From the IMG/VR virus record IMGVR_UViG_3300010885_088079: a DNA stretch of 20,000 nt; one strand, written 5' to 3'. This stretch comes from an uncultured virus (IMG/VR IMGVR_UViG_3300010885_088079). Taxonomy: Duplodnaviria > Heunggongvirae > Uroviricota > Caudoviricetes. The notes beneath the pieces are model-generated. The model saw only the letters and a program-made list of their open reading frames with translations, did not search any database and was not told the origin of the DNA. Position 1 is the stretch's first letter. Each line of letters begins with the position of its first letter. Position numbers and translations under genes: made by a program. Positions 17,168-20,000 of the stretch are shown one piece after another.

Positions 17168-17875
17168 TCAAACGCTTTTTTTGATTAGTTTTCTCAACGT
17201 CACAGTTTTGCCATCTATAAACTTAAGATATCCATCGTTTTTTCTGTCATGAAATAAAAACCCCTTACCTTCTAACAGAGGTTTTAGGCTTCCTGTTGGG
17301 TGTATTACCTTAGGCTTCTCTCCCTCTATCTCTAACTTTTTAGATTCTATTTGGGATAGACCTGTAAAATTCCAAGTATTACTGATATGTCTTATAAATT
17401 TTTCAAAATGATCAATTAAGCATTTAAATACTGCTGGAGAAGTGATGGGTTGCTTTGCGGTCTGCATGAAATTCATTATATCTTCTACAAAGGCCCATTG
17501 ATAGTGGGGTCCGGCTATAAAACCCGGGTTTCCATTCTCGGTCAATAGTATTTTTTCATTTATTTCTTCAAATATTTTGTCTATGTTCTCTTCAAAGAAT
17601 ACGTCGGCGTCCCAATACACAAATTTGCCTTTGTTCTCTTTTGCGTACTTTGATACTTGTTTTATTGTTTCTATTCTTATGTCGTTAGCCTCTGACCCCG
17701 TTATTATTTTGGCCCCTTTTTCTAAGATTTTCTTCTTAGATAAGCCATGTAATCCACAATCAACTACTATAATTTCTCCTTGGTATTTTGCCACTTCTCT
17801 TAAGGTGTATATCCAAGAAGATCCAAAGTGGTCCCAATATTTTTCGTTGAGTCCAGTGAATACGTGATTACTCAT
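17168..17875 (-). CDS. GT8-like nucleotide-diphospho-sugar transferase (GT-A fold)
   Basis: IIVVDCGL, YWDADV (DxD), NPG, WNF, and VIHPTGSLKP matching the GT8 HxxGxxKP motif. ATGA overlap with sbcD. Confidence 0.65.
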   Translation of the reverse strand: MSNHVFTGLNEKYWDHFGSSWIYTLREVAKYQGEIIVVDCGLHGLSKKKILEKGAKIITGSEANDIRIETIKQVSKYAKENKGKFVYWDADVFFEENIDKIFEEINEKILLTENGNPGFIAGPHYQWAFVEDIMNFMQTAKQPITSPAVFKCLIDHFEKFIRHISNTWNFTGLSQIESKKLEIEGEKPKVIHPTGSLKPLLEGKGFLFHDRKNDGYLKFIDGKTVTLRKLIKKSV

Positions 17876-18927
17876 TTAGTTCCTCTGCATATTTCTTTGC
17901 CTATAGATATAAGAGCCTCTTTATCTAAATTCCCAAATCCTACTTCTTCAACATATTTTTCAAGCATTTCGTCCCCCTTTAATAGGATAGACTTTGCATT
18001 TTGTATTATATGTTGCTCTATTTCGTGCTTCTTCTGTTTTATTTCTAGGCTGAATGGTTTGCACTCTTGAAGTATTTCCTTCTTCAATGCAAGCAAGTCA
18101 GCAGATCCTGCTTCTTCTACTTTTATTTGTACAAAGTTGTTGTTAAGCTCATAGTTTTTGCATTCTTTTAGGTCCAATATCAAATGCTTTGGAGAAAAAT
18201 CATTCTCAATATATTGCAATTCATTTTTATCCCCATCAAATATTATTATGTGTTTTTTTTGAAATGCTTCCCCAAAACTTAGTTCTAATGGAGAGCCAAC
18301 ATATTCAACTTTTTTATTTACTTTCTGTTCTGCATGATAATGCCCCAGAAACGTACGTTTGTATCCATCGAATATTGATGGACTTATGGTTACCATTTCT
18401 CCATCATGCTCAACACTAACATCGGAGTATTGGTTATTGTGTAGAATTGCCCCGTCTATTGCTAAGTGCCCTAGAGAGTACTCTTCTTCTCCCTCTTTGC
18501 TCTTGAGCTTGTTGATTGATTCTATTGGGTTGTGCGTGAACGGTATAAAGTCCCAATTATGGTCCTCAATCTTTATCCTTTGAGGATCTTTTATCACCGT
18601 AACGCCCGGAAGAGCAGATAAGGGCAAAACACTGCTAACATCAGTGTTGTCATTGAACCATATGTCATGGTTTCCCAAAAGTAGAAATAGCTCTATTCCT
18701 GATTGGTCTAATTCATCTCTTAATATTTCAAAAGTTTTTTGGTAGGTATATATTTCAATTTTTTGTCTATCATGAAAAAAGTCACCACCAAAAAGTATTG
18801 TCTTTATCTTTTCTTTTTTTGCTGTTTTAAAAACCCATTGAAGAACTTTTAAACAGTCTTCGAGCCTTTCATTTTTCCTCTTATGGGGGAAAATATGAAT
18901 ATCTGAAAATATCAGGACTTTTCCCAC
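17872..18927 (-). CDS. sbcD: Mre11/SbcD-like (T4 gp47-like) metallophosphoesterase nuclease
   Basis: SDIH, GGDFFH, GNHD, LGH, LGHYH and YVGSP motifs. GTG start with a GGAG Shine-Dalgarno sequence. Confidence 0.93.
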   Translation of the reverse strand: MGKVLIFSDIHIFPHKRKNERLEDCLKVLQWVFKTAKKEKIKTILFGGDFFHDRQKIEIYTYQKTFEILRDELDQSGIELFLLLGNHDIWFNDNTDVSSVLPLSALPGVTVIKDPQRIKIEDHNWDFIPFTHNPIESINKLKSKEGEEEYSLGHLAIDGAILHNNQYSDVSVEHDGEMVTISPSIFDGYKRTFLGHYHAEQKVNKKVEYVGSPLELSFGEAFQKKHIIIFDGDKNELQYIENDFSPKHLILDLKECKNYELNNNFVQIKVEEAGSADLLALKKEILQECKPFSLEIKQKKHEIEQHIIQNAKSILLKGDEMLEKYVEEVGFGNLDKEALISIGKEICRGTK

Positions 18928-18977
18928 TTGATGACTCCGTAAATGGAGCTTATATTATGCACAACTTTTATTTTAAA

Positions 18978-19313
18978 TCAAGTTCCAAGTACTTTTTCTA
19001 ATACGTCCCAAACGTTATAGGCTTTAAGTTTCATCGAAGGAGCATTTCCCGATGGGCTTCCTCCGCCTGCTCCGCCCATTGGATCTCCCATAGGGCCTCC
19101 TAAAGATGGTGGTGGACCTCCTCCACCTCCTCCCGGCATAGGTGCAGATATTCCTCCTGGTGGCCCTCCTGGTGCTCCTCCTGGTCCTGGTGGTGGCCCT
19201 CCTGGTGCTCCTCCTGGTCCTGGTGGTGGTCCTCCTGGCGGTCCTCCTGGTGGCGGTGGTGCATCAGCCTCCAGCAAGCTTTTAAATTCGATGTATTCCA
19301 TGAAGCTTTTCAT
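18978..19313 (-). CDS. Pro/Gly-rich low-complexity protein (about 111 aa), possible internal head protein
   Basis: N-terminal MKSFMEYIEFKSLLEA, central GGPPPGPGGAP repeats, and amphipathic C-terminal YNVWDVLEKVL. The start is placed at the second Met (19313), 5 nt after TAGATA. Confidence 0.75.
   Translation of the reverse strand: MKSFMEYIEFKSLLEADAPPPPGGPPGGPPPGPGGAPGGPPPGPGGAPGGPPGGISAPMPGGGGGGPPPSLGGPMGDPMGGAGGGSPSGNAPSMKLKAYNVWDVLEKVLGT
19159..19230. repeat. 33-nt tandem duplication encoding PPPGPGGAPGG
   Basis: GGTGGCCCTCCTGGTGCTCCTCCTGGTCCTGGT occurs twice in tandem. Confidence 0.85.
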
Positions 19314-19375
19314 GATACTATCTAGTATTTTCACCATTATTTATTCTATTTTTGTTCTGAATCCAATAGATACCT

Positions 19376-19525
19376 ATGAAAAGAAAAGAGAGAGAAGAGA
19401 CGGACACTCAAAAGAAACTAGCGGTTTTTTTGACGTTAAGGAAGATGTCAAACCAATCCCAAATTGGTAGGTTAAACTGCTTTAGACAGAATAACGAGAA
19501 AAAGGTTGCCAACTGGCTAAACTAA
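19376..19525 (+). CDS. Small basic hypothetical protein (49 aa, MKRKEREETDTQKKLAVFLTLRKMSNQSQIGRLNCFRQNNEKKVANWLN); not in the supplied ORF track
   Basis: Translated by hand from ATG 19376 to TAA 19525. It fills otherwise empty space, has TAGATA just upstream and lacks a Shine-Dalgarno sequence. Confidence 0.55.
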   Translation: MKRKEREETDTQKKLAVFLTLRKMSNQSQIGRLNCFRQNNEKKVANWLN

Positions 19526-19609
19526 ATTTTGGAAATGCCTTTTCTTTAAGCATAGGACTAAAGGTCTATTAATGAAATAGGCTGGTTCCTTAATTCGAAT
19601 GTTGAATAG

Positions 19610-19649
19610 ACCTGAGTGGGTAGATAGAATACACCCACTCAGGTTTTTT
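19610..19649 (+). terminator. Rho-independent terminator-like hairpin directly before the glycosyltransferase ATG
   Basis: Perfect 12-bp stem ACCTGAGTGGGT / ACCCACTCAGGT with an 11-nt loop, followed by TTTTT. Confidence 0.8.
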
Positions 19650-20000
19650 ATGAAGATATCTTTTTGCACAACGTGTAAGGACAGGCTTTATCATCTTAAA
19701 CAGACCTTGCCTTTTAATCTCTTAAATACATCTGACCTTGACAGAGAATTTGTTATAATGGACTATAACAGCGAGGATGGGCTTTACGATTGGGCAAAAG
19801 AGCATCTTTCTTGTTGGGAAAAATGGGGAATAGTAAAATACTTAAGAACTCGTCAGCCAAAGTACTTTTCTGCTGCCCACGCAAAAAACATTGCACATAA
19901 AAACGCCACTGGTGACGTTTTGTGTAACCTAGATTGTGACAATTTTGTTACCCGTGGGTTTTGTGAACTTATTCTGAAAGTGTTCAGCCAAAAGCCATCT
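19650..20000 (+). CDS. Glycosyltransferase (GT2/GT7-like GT-A fold), 5' part only; runs off the window and is not in the supplied ORF track
   Basis: Manual translation gives MKISFCTTCKDRLYHLKQTLP...EFVIMDYNSEDG...AHAKNIAHKNATGDVLCNLDCDNF (DxD). Open for 117 codons to the window end. Confidence 0.85.
   Translation, partial: MKISFCTTCKDRLYHLKQTLPFNLLNTSDLDREFVIMDYNSEDGLYDWAKEHLSCWEKWGIVKYLRTRQPKYFSAAHAKNIAHKNATGDVLCNLDCDNFVTRGFCELILKVFSQKPS

Noticed and set aside
4008..18583. Many 60-130 aa ORFs antisense or out-of-frame inside the large genes
   Set aside because: They are fully nested in genes with clear family motifs, and have no ribosome-binding sites or recognisable domains.
18935..18948. 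Small hairpin CTCC-ATTTAC-GGAG that could hide the sbcD Shine-Dalgarno sequence
   Set aside because: A stem of only 4-5 bp is too weak to distinguish from chance.
1..20000. Stop-codon reassignment as seen in some huge phages
   Set aside because: All conserved genes are full length in the standard code, and TAA, TAG and TGA each end genes at plausible positions.

Overview
An AT-rich, densely packed 20-kb segment that looks like part of a large T4-like (jumbo) dsDNA phage genome read in the standard code. The phage assignment is inferred from gene content, T4 capsid-targeting-like N-termini and TAAATA-like motifs. No capsid or terminase gene is in the window. The right half is a DNA metabolism block on the minus strand: Mre11/SbcD (gp47-like), a GT8-like glycosyltransferase, Rad50/SbcC (gp46-like), a class II B12-dependent ribonucleotide reductase, GMP reductase, a class II glutamine amidotransferase and an Hjc-like PD-(D/E)XK nuclease. 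The centre (4554-8924) is a plus-strand island: ParB-like/DGQHR protein, terminator, MoxR-type AAA+ ATPase, HEXXH-metallopeptidase/VWA protein, and a small ORF. By manual alignment that small ORF is a stand-alone paralogue of the ParB-like protein's C-terminal domain. The left end is a coupled minus-strand operon: GT2 glycosyltransferase, PaaK/CapK-like adenylating enzyme, and an 811-aa mucin-like protein with (TPTE)n tracts and Cys-rich modules. Two ORFs missing from the supplied track were found at the right end: a 49-aa ORF and a truncated glycosyltransferase. The latter is preceded by a terminator hairpin that contains a late-promoter-like motif. No tRNA, rRNA, CRISPR array or transposase was recognised.
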